This document shows positions 48,901 through 59,847 of a DNA stretch of 64,000 bases, in pieces. The notes beneath the pieces are model-generated. The model was not told the DNA's origin and did not search any database. It saw nothing but the letters and a program-made list of their open reading frames with translations. Source of the stretch: Azolla caroliniana (Eukaryota > Plantae > Polypodiophyta); assembly GCA_043228905.1 (NCBI GenBank), contig JBHGNT010000012.1:16740001-16804000 (forward strand), given 5' to 3'. Numbering within the stretch: position 1 is the first letter of the stretch; the number at the start of each line of letters is the position of its first letter. The position numbers and the translations under genes are program-made.

Positions 48901-51240
48901 CGGCCCCGATCCCGAAATGGATTCGGATGAAGAAGAAGAATCGGAAGAACCGGTTACCGAAGCTCCCGAACGGAGATATCCTCTAAGAGAGAGGAGGGCC
49001 CCCCGGAGATTTCCGGATCCAGAGCACGTGCTGCTAACCGACGAGGGGGAGCCGGAGAGCTTTGAAGAAGCAAAGCACGACACCCAGAGCCGCAGGTGGT
49101 TGAGTGCCATGCAGGACGAGATGGATTCCCTGCATGAGAACCACACATATGAACTTGTGGAGTTGCCGAAAGGAAAGCGGGCACTTCGAAACAAGTGGGT
49201 GTTCAAGCTGAAACCGGGAGATGCCGAAAACCCCCCGAGATACAAAGCCAGGATCGTGGTGAAGGGGTTTCAGCAGAAGAAGGGCGTCGACTTCGACGAG
49301 ATATTTGCCCCGGTAGTGAAGATGACCTCCATCCGGACGGTGCTGAGCATAGCGGCAAGCATGGACCTCGAGGTAGAACGGATGGACGTCAAGACGGCAT
49401 TCCTTCACGGTGACCTCGATGAAGAGATCTACATGCAGCAACCGGAAGGATTCAAGAAGAAAGGGAAGGAGCACCTGGTATGCCGGTTGAAGAAGAGCCT
49501 TTACGGACTGAAGCAGGCTCCCCGGCAATGGTACCGGAAGTTTGACTCCTTCATGACCGACGAAGGGTATCTCAAAACGCAGTCCGACCACTGCGTGTTT
49601 GTGAAGAAGTTTGAAGGAGGAGACTTTCTAATCCTCCTCCTGTACGTGGACGACATGTTGATCGTTGGACGAGACCAGGTCAAGATACGGATGCTGAAGA
49701 AGGCTCTTCACCGAACCTTCTCAATGAAGGACCTGGGTCCGGCGAGGCAAATACTAGGGATGCACATCATCCGGGACCGGAGCAGGAAGCAGTTGTGGCT
49801 GTCACAGGAGAAGTACGTGACAAAGGTGCTTAAACGGTTCAACATGTCGGAAGCAAGACCAGTCGGATCGACCCTCCCGGCAAACTGCAAGCTGTCCAGC
49901 AAGCAAAGTCCCAAGACAAAGGCTGAAAAGGAGGATATGATGAAAGTGCCGTATGCCTCAGCCGTCGGGAGCTTGATGTACGCCATGGTGTGTACGAGAC
50001 CGGACATCGGATATGCAGTCGGAGTGGTGAGCCGGTACATGAGCAATCCCGGCAAAGAGCATTGGAACGCGGCCAAGTGGATACTCCGATACCTGAAGGG
50101 CACGACAAACGTGTGCCTCCGATTCGGCTCCGGTAAGCCCGAACTCGACGGCTTCACCGATTCGGATATGTCGGCTGATGCAGATACCAGCCGGTCCACA
50201 TCAGGGTATGTGATGACGTATGCAGGGGGAGCCGTTTCGTGGCAGTCGAGGCTGCAGAAGACGGTTGCGTTGTCAACCACGGAGGCGGAGTACATGGCGG
50301 CTGTTGAAGCCGGCAAGGAAATAATATGGATGAAGGACTTCATTAGAGAGCTCGGTATCCGGCAGGAGGAGTACCGACTCTACTGCGACAGTCAGAGTGC
50401 AATCCACCTTGCGAAGAACGCGGCCTACCATTCCCGGACGAAGCACATCCAGCGAAGATATCACTGGATCCGGGAAAGGATAGAAAACCAGGAGTTCGTG
50501 CTGACGAAGATCCACACGGACGAGAACGGGTCGGATATGCTGACCAAGGTCCTCGCACCCGACAAGCTGGAAGCATGCCGGAAGAGGATCGGATTGGAGA
50601 GACATCCCATGCCGAAGTGAAGGGGGAGTTTGTTGGGATTACGGTCCCTTCGGATGGTATGGTCGGATGTCGGAGCTGAATGCCGACGAGCCCGGTTTCG
50701 GTTTCGGAACCGGATGATGAAGACCCCGGCTTCGGAGCCGGATGACGAATGTACCCGGAGAGCGATCCGGATTCAGGGACATATCCGCGAATATGTTTGC
50801 TATGGGCCCCTGAGGCTATAGTTGTAAATAGCCCCAAAGTCATATATGTATAAATATGACTTAGGGCAAACTGTTTTATTGTTGTTGCTTATTTTTCTGT
50901 TTTTCCACTCAAGAGGAGTGAAGAGAGAGCAGCCGTGAGAGAGAGAGAGAGATAGAGCGCGAGAGAGGAAGAGGACGACGCCTCTGTGTATTTCCGCCGC
51001 CTGTGGCGAGGACAGCGAGCTCAAGGTCGTTGCCTTGCAGCTCGCCATTGTATACTTCTCTTTGTATAGCTTTGGTTTGGAGTCTTGTACTCCCGTGGTT
51101 TTTTCCCGTCTAGGGTTTTCCACGTTAATCCCTGTGCATTCGTGTTCTTTCTCTGTGGTTCCTATTTTCTGCTGCATTGATTCGTGCTTACTCGGTTGTG
51201 GCCGAGTGGTGAAGGTGAATCGAAGCGTCGATTCCTTACA
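45912..51240 (+). mobile_element. Copia L: Tnt1/Tork-like, very young, coding-intact
   Basis: 5' LTR 45912-46513 (first 8 bp lost); 3' LTR 50631-51240; 1 substitution seen; iMet PBS at 46517; PPT GAAGGGGGAG at 50619-50628. Confidence 0.95.
46544..50620 (+). CDS. Intact copia Gag-Pol polyprotein (1358 aa)
   Basis: Single ORF with CFHCGKPGHFRKNC, WVVDSGASFH, HHCC/rve, RT (YKARIVVKG, YVDD) and RNase H (TEAEY, TKHI). Confidence 0.95.
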   Translation: MEGGGSGQPGMMVLTAQNYADWKIKMEDLLIVRDLYEPIDRSEIPKGVLESEWRLLNRKAVATIRQYVDVSVLQHVANDTNAYEMWRKLSGLYERKNALNRTSLMRKIVNLKYRDGESMVEHVSTFMGFVNQLAAIKFPLEDAMQAIILMCTLPESWENLVVTLSTSCIEDNLSLQTVKTSILNEEARRRDKEPASDSKALLTESDRGRQWNRSPQRREKSGTRSQSRGRPTCFHCGKPGHFRKNCRHYRKDNGADDTDSKKSPERIGAYRGAMDRRGSDRRGQDRKGTTALAASEEEIMLITEEGELNIAGDETTWVVDSGASFHLTPERRYFSSYTAGEHGCVRMGNEGTCRIAGIGDVWLTTPTGCKMLLKDVRHVPEVRLNLISAGRLDDEGYTGSIRNGVMKFSKGSLIVARARKDNTLYLMNARLCPEELNVAADTAGELWHKRLCHMSEKGMKRLAEDNLIPVKHVHLEKCTDCLAGKQNRASFHSRPPTRRGAPLELVHTDVCQVETKSHGGAQYFVTFIDDHSRKLWTAPLKTKDQVLCVFKELHARVERESGKKLKAIRADNGGEYRGQFQEYCRSKGIRLEFTVPKTPELNGLAERMNRTIMERVRSMLAHAKLPKGFWAEAMSTATYVINRSPSVPLDGDTPQKVWTGKEVSYRHLKVFGCLAYVHVAKDRRGKLDPKTRPCIFLGYGDDEFGYRVWDPVDKKIFRSRDIIFMEDKTLADWESEKKMKSSKSTGEDQLHEEQSRPARDRLALEDPAEDGEETEPAEEDENDTGTGPDPEMDSDEEEESEEPVTEAPERRYPLRERRAPRRFPDPEHVLLTDEGEPESFEEAKHDTQSRRWLSAMQDEMDSLHENHTYELVELPKGKRALRNKWVFKLKPGDAENPPRYKARIVVKGFQQKKGVDFDEIFAPVVKMTSIRTVLSIAASMDLEVERMDVKTAFLHGDLDEEIYMQQPEGFKKKGKEHLVCRLKKSLYGLKQAPRQWYRKFDSFMTDEGYLKTQSDHCVFVKKFEGGDFLILLLYVDDMLIVGRDQVKIRMLKKALHRTFSMKDLGPARQILGMHIIRDRSRKQLWLSQEKYVTKVLKRFNMSEARPVGSTLPANCKLSSKQSPKTKAEKEDMMKVPYASAVGSLMYAMVCTRPDIGYAVGVVSRYMSNPGKEHWNAAKWILRYLKGTTNVCLRFGSGKPELDGFTDSDMSADADTSRSTSGYVMTYAGGAVSWQSRLQKTVALSTTEAEYMAAVEAGKEIIWMKDFIRELGIRQEEYRLYCDSQSAIHLAKNAAYHSRTKHIQRRYHWIRERIENQEFVLTKIHTDENGSDMLTKVLAPDKLEACRKRIGLERHPMPK

Positions 51241-52551
51241 GGGCCGTGGGCTTGGTTGTGGAGAGTTCATTGATGTCCTTGGTGGCCTCTGGCGTATGGT
51301 GACATCCTCGGGGATGGCCTCCTTGGCCTCAACCCATTCGACACGGGTTGCTGTCATTGCCCGTTGGCTTTGTGTTTTTGGTGGGGGTGGGGCCGAGGCG
51401 GAAGCGGAAGCGGGGTTCCGAACGCCTGAGGGAGGTGGAGAAGACGAGGAGTCTTCCCATTCTTCCTGAGTTATCTCCAAAATCTGCCCGCATTGTTTCC
51501 GTGGTGGTGGTGGAGAGATTAGGGTACGACGAGGGGACTGCAAGGAAGTGGTTGATCACAGGCAACATACATTTACCAGTTTGGAAGGATTCAAGCGCCG
51601 CACGGATTCCTTCGCCTGTGATGATTCCCCAGTCGATTTTGTTTCCCTCGTAAGCACTGATAATGATCGCCGCTTTGCTCTATGGCATACTCATGCACGA
51701 ACGTATACTCCATCAGGATGCGAGCGAGTTCCCCGAATGCCTTGTTGGATCCACCGTAGGTGCGGTAGGCTTTACCAGATATGGAATACGCACCAAAGTA
51801 TTCCTTCTGGGTCGTGGAAGGGGGAATCTCGACCTCATGATCACCTCCTTGTTTCAAGTCCAAGGCAGCACGAATCATATTGTTGGTGACTGTGTCCGGG
51901 TGGATTCGTCGTGCGACCGCTTGGGCATCAGGGTGCGCAGGGGCATCAATCACCTTTAAATAACCACCCAAGCCTCGTTCCTGAAGCCAGGAGCGGGTTT
52001 CTTGTGAAGTTGCAAGAGGCATATTGGACTCGGGGTTCTACTGTGGGGAAGATTGGGGAACGAGGATTCGACCAGGCCGAGACAGAGTGAGGGAAAGAGA
52101 TGGTTGTGGTGCGGCAGCGGGGCTACAAGGGCAAGAGAGGGCTTGTGAGCAAGAGCGGTGGGAGCGATGAACGCGCTGAGAGCGAGAGGAAGCTTGAGAG
52201 TGTGGGAGCGATGAATGCTGGGTGTGCAAGAAAACGTTTGTGTGTGGAGTGGGCTTGGGGTAACTATTTTTTAGCGAATGCCTAGGGTTTCGTGCATGAA
52301 GAGGAGCCTGGAGATTCTTGGGCGTGGATGCCATAATAGGATATTATGGCCACGTGTCCTAGGGAGTTAGTGCTTCGCCTTGGATGTTGTGCATGTGCCT
52401 TGAAATACTTAAGTGAATGTGAAAGTGACTAATGTGTGCCTCTAACCTGACGTGATTTGGGTGAGGTGGTAGGTGGTGTAGGTGGAACTAACTAATTGCT
52501 AAAACTATGCGTAATCCTACCTAATGTCTACTTTGGAATGTTGGTGGGTTC

Positions 52552-55500
52552 TTACCGAGGGGGACACGTGGCCTCCTTCGTGGCCGTGTCCGTGCTGTGA
52601 GACTCGGTGAAAGGGTTGGCTGGGGTATTTCCCTGGTACGGTCGTAGTCGGAATCCATTCACCCAGCTTTTGACTATTTCCCCGGCGAGGGTGCCGAGCT
52701 GGAACGTGTTGTTAAACTCCTCAATAATCCAGAAGGGGCCGGTCCATCGAAATCGTAACTTTCCTGGTATAGCACCGAGTCGCGTCTGGAAAACGAGGAC
52801 CAGTTTGCCTATGGTTAGTTCTTGTTCCAATCCCTTCCGATGTCGGTCCACAAAGGCTTTCCGTTGGCGTTGGCGCTGTTCAAGTTGGGCCATGCTCGCT
52901 ACTCGGTCCTCGCCAAGTTCGAGGAGTTGTTCCAGCCTCAATTGTTCGGATTGGGCCTCGGGTAGTCATGCTTTAACTTGCACTCGGAGACTCAAGACTT
53001 GGAACTCGATGGGCATAACGGCTTCTGGACCAAAAGCCATCCGAAAGGGGGTGGATTGAATGCTCGTTTTGAATGTCGTGCGGTAAGCCCACAGTGCACT
53101 CTAGAGCTTGTCATCCCAATCGGTGCGGTTCTCGTTGACGATCTTCTTCAGGATTGTTTGGAGAATATTGTTAGTCGATTCTGCCAATCCGTTTGCCTGC
53201 GGGTAGTATGGTGTGCTTTTCTTATGTACCACTGCGTAGTGAGTCGTAAGCTCGCGTATTATATGGTTTATAAAGTGCCCACCTTGGTCACTAACGAGCT
53301 CAATTGGACATCCATAATGGCACCAAAGATGTTCGTACACGAATTTGGCCGTGGATGCCGCCGTGTTGTCTCGTAAAGCCTTTGCCTCAACCCATTTTGT
53401 GCAGTAGTCCGTGGCGACGATGATATACTTATTACCAGTTTGGGCCGCGGCTGGTTTGAAGGGTCCCACAAAATCTAACCCCCATTTTTGAAATGGTTCC
53501 AATGGAAGAATGGTTTGGTGTGGCATTCGAGCTTGTTCCATCGGCTGTCCCAACTGTTGGCACAAGTCGCGCTATCAGCAGAACTCGTGGGCATCCTTTT
53601 TCGTTGTAGGCCACCATAACCCACTCTACCATACTTTCCTTGCCGTAGACTCTTTGGCGTAGTGTCCGCCGGCGATTCCGAGGTGGGCCTCTTGGAGGAT
53701 GGCCTTCTTCTCCAATTGTCGAATGGCACGATGCCATATTCCGTCCGAGCCTTTGTGATAGAGGATGTCGGAAACTAGACAAAAGTTGCAGCTACGTACT
53801 GCAAGTCGTTTCCGTACATTGAGGGCCATGTGGTCGGGAGGCAAGCCAGTGCTAAGGAAATGGGTCATCTCCATGATCCATACATCTTCTTTGTCGTCGG
53901 GTAGCGTTGCGAGATGAAATAAGCCGGCATCAGGTAGATCGTCATACGTGGGCTCGGCAGGGTCTCCTAACTCGAGGCGGTTTAGGTAGTCAGTGACGGT
54001 GTGTTGAACTCCGGGTCGATGTTGTATATGAAAATCAAACTCTTGTAATAGGATAATCCATCGAGCCAATTGACCTATCAGGGCTTGTTTATTAACCAGG
54101 TAAAGGAGGGCCGAGTGATCGACGTGAAAGGTGAATTTTCGGCCTAAGAGGTAATGCCGAAATTTACTAATGTTGTAGATCATACCGAGGGCCTCCCATT
54201 CAGTGGTTGAATAGTTCTTTTCCACGGCCGAGAGACATCGGCTACCATAATACATTGGCCAATACCAATTTGGGGGCGTGCATTGCATAAGTGCGCTCCC
54301 GATGGCAATATCTAATGCGTCCACGAAGACGTGAAAAGGTTCCAACCATCTCGGGGGCTGTACAACAGGGGCATGCGAGAGCATTAATTTCAATCCTTGG
54401 TAAGCCTCGTCCTCGATTGAAGTCCATTGAAAGGGGAGTCGATGCACTGCCGCGTGTAGTGTTGTCGCGAAATCAGCCATGTGGCGTATCATCCGGTTGT
54501 GCCATCTGATTTGTCCTAGAAATCGGTTGAGGCCTTTTGCGTTCGAGGGTGTTGGGGCTTTTAGGATGGCTTGTACTTTATCCGGGTCCATGGCGATACC
54601 TTCTTGACTAACGATGTGTCCAAGTAGGTTGCCGCTTGTGACCAAGAACGCGCATTTTTCCGGGTTTAAACTTAACCGAGCCTAGCGACATCGATCAAGA
54701 CAGAGACGTAACTAGGTCATGTGTTCCAGTCACTGACCATATACAACGAAGTCATCGAGAAAGACTTGCATGAACGCCGGGATATACTCGTTAAAAATTT
54801 CGGTGATGATGCACTGGAATGTGGCCGACGCTATTTTTAAACCGAACATCATGACTTCTGCCACGAAAACACCCCATTCCGTGACAAATGTTGTTTTCTC
54901 TTGATCATCCAGGTGCATTCTGATTTGGTTGTACCCACTGAACCCGTCTAAAAAGTTGTAGCATTCGTGACCTGCCACCGTGTCGAGAACACTATTCGTG
55001 AACGGGAGAGAGAATCCATCCGTGACCGTTGCAGCATTAAGCTTGCGGTAGTCCACACAGACTCGGATTTTCCTGTTTTTCTTGGGGATGACTACGATTG
55101 GGCTTAACCAAGTGGCGCGTTTTACCGGTCGTATGAACCCGACTTAGAGGAGCTTGTCTATTTCTTCCTTGACCTTAGCCGCATAATTGGGGTTCATCCG
55201 GTATCGTCTTTGCTAAACCGGTCGAGCATCTGGGAGAAGGTGGATCTGGTGTAGGTAGTATTGTGGGTCCAAACCCTTCATATCCGTGTAAGACCATGCG
55301 AATACATCCTGGTAATCGGTGAGTAAGTGGATGAGGGCTACTCGTTCGCCGGCTGGTAAGTTATTAGCAATCTGTAGGGTCCGAGGGGTCTCGTCTGAAC
55401 CGAGGTTCAATGTTTCGAGTGTTGATGCCTTCACTCGTTGGGAGATGGCGAGTTCACGTTCAAGAGCGTCCCGAGCGTGTCGTAATTCGACAATGGTGGT

Positions 55501-57720
55501 GGGATCGGGCTCATCCTGGGGAGGTGTATTCACCGTGACCTCCTAGTTTAGAGGTGTGCCGACAGCTAACATGGCGTCGATTTCAAAGAGAGGTATGATA
55601 ATGGGATGGTCTTCTAGGAAGTCGTCCACCTCGTCATCGGCTAATCCGTCGAGCATGTGCACCCCTTCCGTGTATAACGGCGAGGTGTTGTGGGGCGTGG
55701 TTACGCGTTCTTCGGTTATGATCCGGACCTTGGTCTTTCCTCGGCAAAACGAGATCATGTTGCGCTGCCAATGTTGTTTGATATTTGTTGTACGCAACCA
55801 TGGTCTGCCCAGTAACATTGGGTAAGCCCCCTGTGCTTCGAGTCATAAGACAACGGCCGAGATAGTGAACATGTGGCCTCCTAGAGTAAAGTCGAGGTGG
55901 CGGATTAATCCGATGGGGCGAAGCGATCGTGTGTCGGCCATCCGAAGCCAAAAGGGGCAAGGTTCCCATTGATTCAGGCCGAGTTTATGATAGGTAGCCT
56001 TGCTGATGACATTCACGCCAAAGTCGTCGTCGATTATGCACCCGTGCATGTCCTTCCCTTTAATCATAATTTTTATAGCTAGATTCTGCGCATCCATGAG
56101 GGGTGGACCCATTCCTGGCTCGGTCAGGTGCACAGGTGGTGCAGTGGAATGGTTGTTGGCCGTGAGTGAAGCCAAGGTGTCCCGAAAACGCAGCATGAGT
56201 GGTAAGAGTTTATGCAGAGGCAAGCAGATCCTGGAACTGGTAAGGGCATCCCACAACTGGTCATCTTCTGCCGCCATGGATGGTGCCGAGGACTGTGTTG
56301 CTCCGATGGTTGCGTCTCCCATTTCCATGTGCATCCGCACCACATTGTTTTTGTTAGCCGTATCCATCCATTCATTGGCTGCTTGCCGGACTTCATCCTG
56401 AACTTGCCATGGAGTAGCCAGGGCTTTGCTGCGTGTTGTGACGTTTTGCACGTCGGCCATAATACTATTCACGCCATGAGCCTTTCCGCGGTCTGTTGTT
56501 GGGCATTGCGTAAAATAGTGACCGGGTTGGTTGCACTTGAAGCAGGTAACGTCGGCCGAGTTGCTGGTGCTAGCCTGATCCGTGTGGGGGGGGGGGGAGT
56601 GCGGTTGATTCCCGGCCTCGTGTGTTTGTGGGTTGGTCTAGGGCGCGGTCGAGCTGCGCGGTTCATTGTACGGTGGGTCCCGACAACGGTTGTCGTTATT
56701 CCTTCGGTTATTGCGCGATCCTCGGTGAGAGTTGCATCGATCATTACGGGAATTTCTCTGATCGTAACAGTCATCCCGATCCTCTTCATTCCGATCATAA
56801 TCGTCGTTTGCCCGATATTGGTCATAATGATAGCGATCACGGCGGTCGTCCGATCTCCGTCGGTTGTCGTTTCGGTAACGGTCATCGTCGTTACGGCGCC
56901 GTCTATCCGGCGATCGCGGTCGTTGGTTATCCTAGTTCCGGTAGGATTGGCACTCGTCCTGACGAGAGTATGTATCCCGAGGCTCGATCTGGCGAACCGG
57001 AGCCGTCATTGTGCGGTTGAGCATATTGTATTCGCAGTGTTCGACAGTGTGGGATCGGGACTGGCAAATCGGACACTGTGGTCGGTGAGGACATTCGAGG
57101 GCCAGATGGCCCGATCCCGAACAAACTGTGCATTGGAGGGTGTGGCGGAAGCGATTGTCCTCCTGGGGAAGGGCGCTTTGCATTGAACTCATAGAGAAAG
57201 TCGTGCTTTGCTGAGTCCAATTGAGGGCGAGGACGCGCGCTATGACTTGCTCGATCGTTTGGTTGTCAAAATTAGTAAGTGCAAGAGTCGTTCGTAGAGG
57301 CTCCCATAGGCTGGACAGGAATGCGTCCGGAATGTGTTGTGCAGAGACATTGTCGACCACTTGTCTGTAGAGATCCCGGAACTGGATCGTGAACTGTGTG
57401 ACCGTCTCGTGTGGTTCTTGTCGCATGGAAAAGAACTGTCGGAGCAATTCTCGTTTGGGCACCTCGCGATGGAACTGCTCTAGGAACTGTGTGCGAACGT
57501 CGTGGAAGGTGACAAACTCCCCTGTGTCGAGGCCAGAATACCATCGTGCAGCTGGTTCATCTAGGGATAGCGTAAACTCGGCAATTTTTGAGGCCTCCAT
57601 TTCGGCAAGCGAGAGTCACTGGGTTGAGTGGTTGGCCTACCAGGTGGACACGAAGGCCCGGACGTGCGCCTCCGCATCGGGGTTGTCGGTGCATCATGGG
57701 TAAGGATACGGCATGGTATC
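52552..57720 (-). pseudogene. Gypsy I gag-pol, disrupted
   Basis: gag with tandem CCHC knuckles (CTVCSGSGHLALEC, CPICQSRSHTVEHC), PR, RT (FLDD), RH, IN (WGLDFVGP, SDQG, GLAE), GPF motif; no additional archaeal-type RNase H seen. Confidence 0.9.
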
Positions 57721-59055
57721 GAATTCGGAGTCTTCCGGTAAAGCCGGAAAAGGGTTAGGGTCAGGGTGGTTGACCTCTAGAGGGCTTGGTGGAGAGGTTG
57801 GTGTGGACTCGACTCACGACCGATAGCAGGTGGCGAGGATTGCAACCGGTGAGCCTCTGATGTTTCTGGGAAGGACTGGTCCGTGACCGCCGAGTCGGAA
57901 GTGCCTTCGACTGGGTCAGGGCGTCGGCCAGATGGCCGATACCGCTTGGTGCGATTGGGCACCGTAATGGCGGCTGAAGGTTGTCTTCAACGTAGTTCGC
58001 TGTGATCTCACAACTGTAACCGGGTGTGCCAAATTGTGTTAACCGTTCTGCCGGAAACACCTTCGATATGCCTACAAGCTATCGGTATCAAGGGCAGTGT
58101 AATTGTGAAGACTTGTGCACGGGGGTGTCGTTAAGGGAAGAACACAGAGAGCATACCCGGAATAGAGCCCGGGTTGTATACGTAGTTGAGACCTTAGAAA
58201 CAATGACACACAGATGAAAACAACAAGAGCTAATAGATATGTATTACTGCAATAGTTAGCGATGTTTACAAAAAAAAACACGGCCCACAGCCGGTAGCCT
58301 TACAAAGCTCCTATATCTATGAAACGACCTCGCCTAGGCTCTGGATATCTCCCCCTGCCAAGGTACGCAGACCTCGGTTTATATACTTCTTTTCCTTCAT
58401 ACAACATCGAGTAGTCGACTAACTGTGAGGCTCGAAACTCGGCGTTTTACCTAACTCTCCCTTACCTACTCACCTTACTTCCGGCGTATTACATTTAACT
58501 AATTTCTATTTTTGGCCTATGGACAACATGTTGTCCGTCTTCAAGGAGCTCCATGCAAGAGTGGAAAGAGAAACCGGCCGGAAGTTGAAGGCGGTTCGAG
58601 CATATAACGGAGGAGAATATCGGAGGCAGTTTGAGGAGTACTGCCAATCGAAGGGAATACAACTCGAATTCCCCATGCCGAAGACGCCTGAATTGAACGG
58701 GTTGGCCAAACAAATGAACCAGACCATAATGGAGAGAGTCTGAAGCATGCTAGCACATGCAAAGTTACCCAAGACGTTTTGGGTTGAGGCGTTGATGACA
58801 ACGACGTACGTGATTAACAGATCACCCTTGGCACCCTTGGAAGGAGACACACCACACAAAATATGAACCAGTAAAGACGTGTCTTACCGGCATCTAAAGG
58901 TGTTCAGGTGTCTCGCATATGTGCATGTCGCAAAGGACAAGAGAGCAAAGTTGGACCCGAAGTCCCAGCCATGCATATTCCTTGGATACGGCGATGATGA
59001 GCTAGGTTATCGAGTGTGAGACCTGGTCAACAAGAAGGTATTCCAGAGTCAAGAT

Positions 59056-59701
59056 TGTTGGGAATATGTCCCTCCAGTGGGAGGAAGAACCGATTGATCG
59101 GAAAGCCGACAGTCGAAGAGTCGAAAACAGTGAGACAATTGTTTGAAGATTCGACTATTATTATTATAGTAATAATAATGATGATGATGTTAGGAAATAG
59201 GTCTCTCGGATGGGGAGAGAGAAGAGCTGAGTTTGGCCTCAGCCAAAACCGGAATCGTGTAAATAGCCAACTCGGGAGACTATGCTTGTAAATAGTTAAG
59301 TGTGCGCTCCATGAGGGCTACGTATGTAAATAACCAAAAAGTTGCATAAGTATATATGCAACTAGGGAAAACTTTTAGGCATGAGAACAAAAGTTGTAGT
59401 GTACAGAAGAGAACGAGTGAGAGTGTGTGACAGAGAGTGTGTGTGTGAGCCGCACCATAGTTGTGTTTGTAACAGTAGACGTGAAGAGCCCTGTGTGGCT
59501 GATACACTCGACAGAGTGTTGTAATCATCTCTGGTGTACATCCACTATTTGTATAGTGAAGTTCTATTATTGTGGTTTTCCCCGTTTTAGGGTTTCCACG
59601 TAAATCTCTGTTTATCTTGTCTTTCTTGCATTTCTGTGTGATTCATATTTCAGCGCATAGTTCCTTCATTGTGATTTATATTCCGCAACGATTTCTCAAC
59701 A
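59056..59701 (+). mobile_element. Solo LTR J (distant relative of the Tnt1-like LTRs)
   Basis: TGTTGGG...CTCAACA termini; TSD AAGAT/AGGAT; H integrase linker resumes after it. Confidence 0.85.
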
Positions 59702-59847
59702 AGGATATAGTCTTCATGGAAGACAGGACCATTGCCGACTGGGAGTCGGAGAAGAAGGTGATGAACTTTGGATCATCCAATGAAAATCGGCTTGAGGACA
59801 CAAGGACTTACCCGGTTGGAAACTGGATGTTAGTCGGGAATCAGATG

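Larger units (their letters stand above)
43691..52022 (-). pseudogene. Gypsy I extra ORF(s) downstream of pol (coiled-coil and Pro/Thr-rich), split by copia L
   Basis: Sense-strand fragments 51591-52022, 51241-51543, 45080-45890, 44645-44992, 44219-44611 and 43691-44137. Confidence 0.65.
43084..58528 (-). mobile_element. Gypsy I: Athila/Tat-like non-chromovirus with a long extra 3' ORF region; host of L
   Basis: 492-bp LTRs at 43084-43575 and 58037-58528 (~23 differences by eye); perfect TSD TGTTG; TATATAAA on the minus strand at ~43432; PBS TGGCACACCCGGT at 58031-58019 (tRNA-Arg-like) after a 5-nt spacer. Confidence 0.92.
40830..59847 (+). mobile_element. Copia H: older Tnt1-like element, host of I, J and K
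   Basis: LTR ends at 41446 (start not resolved); degenerate PBS TAGTATCACAGC at 41450; gag-PR-IN from 41472 to 43083, resuming at 58529-59055 and 59702-59847; many stops. Confidence 0.85.

Noticed and set aside
56212-57186. 324-aa hydrophobic plus-strand ORF, possibly env-like
   Set aside because: It is the antisense shadow of the low-complexity Arg/Asp/Asn-rich gag region of element I.
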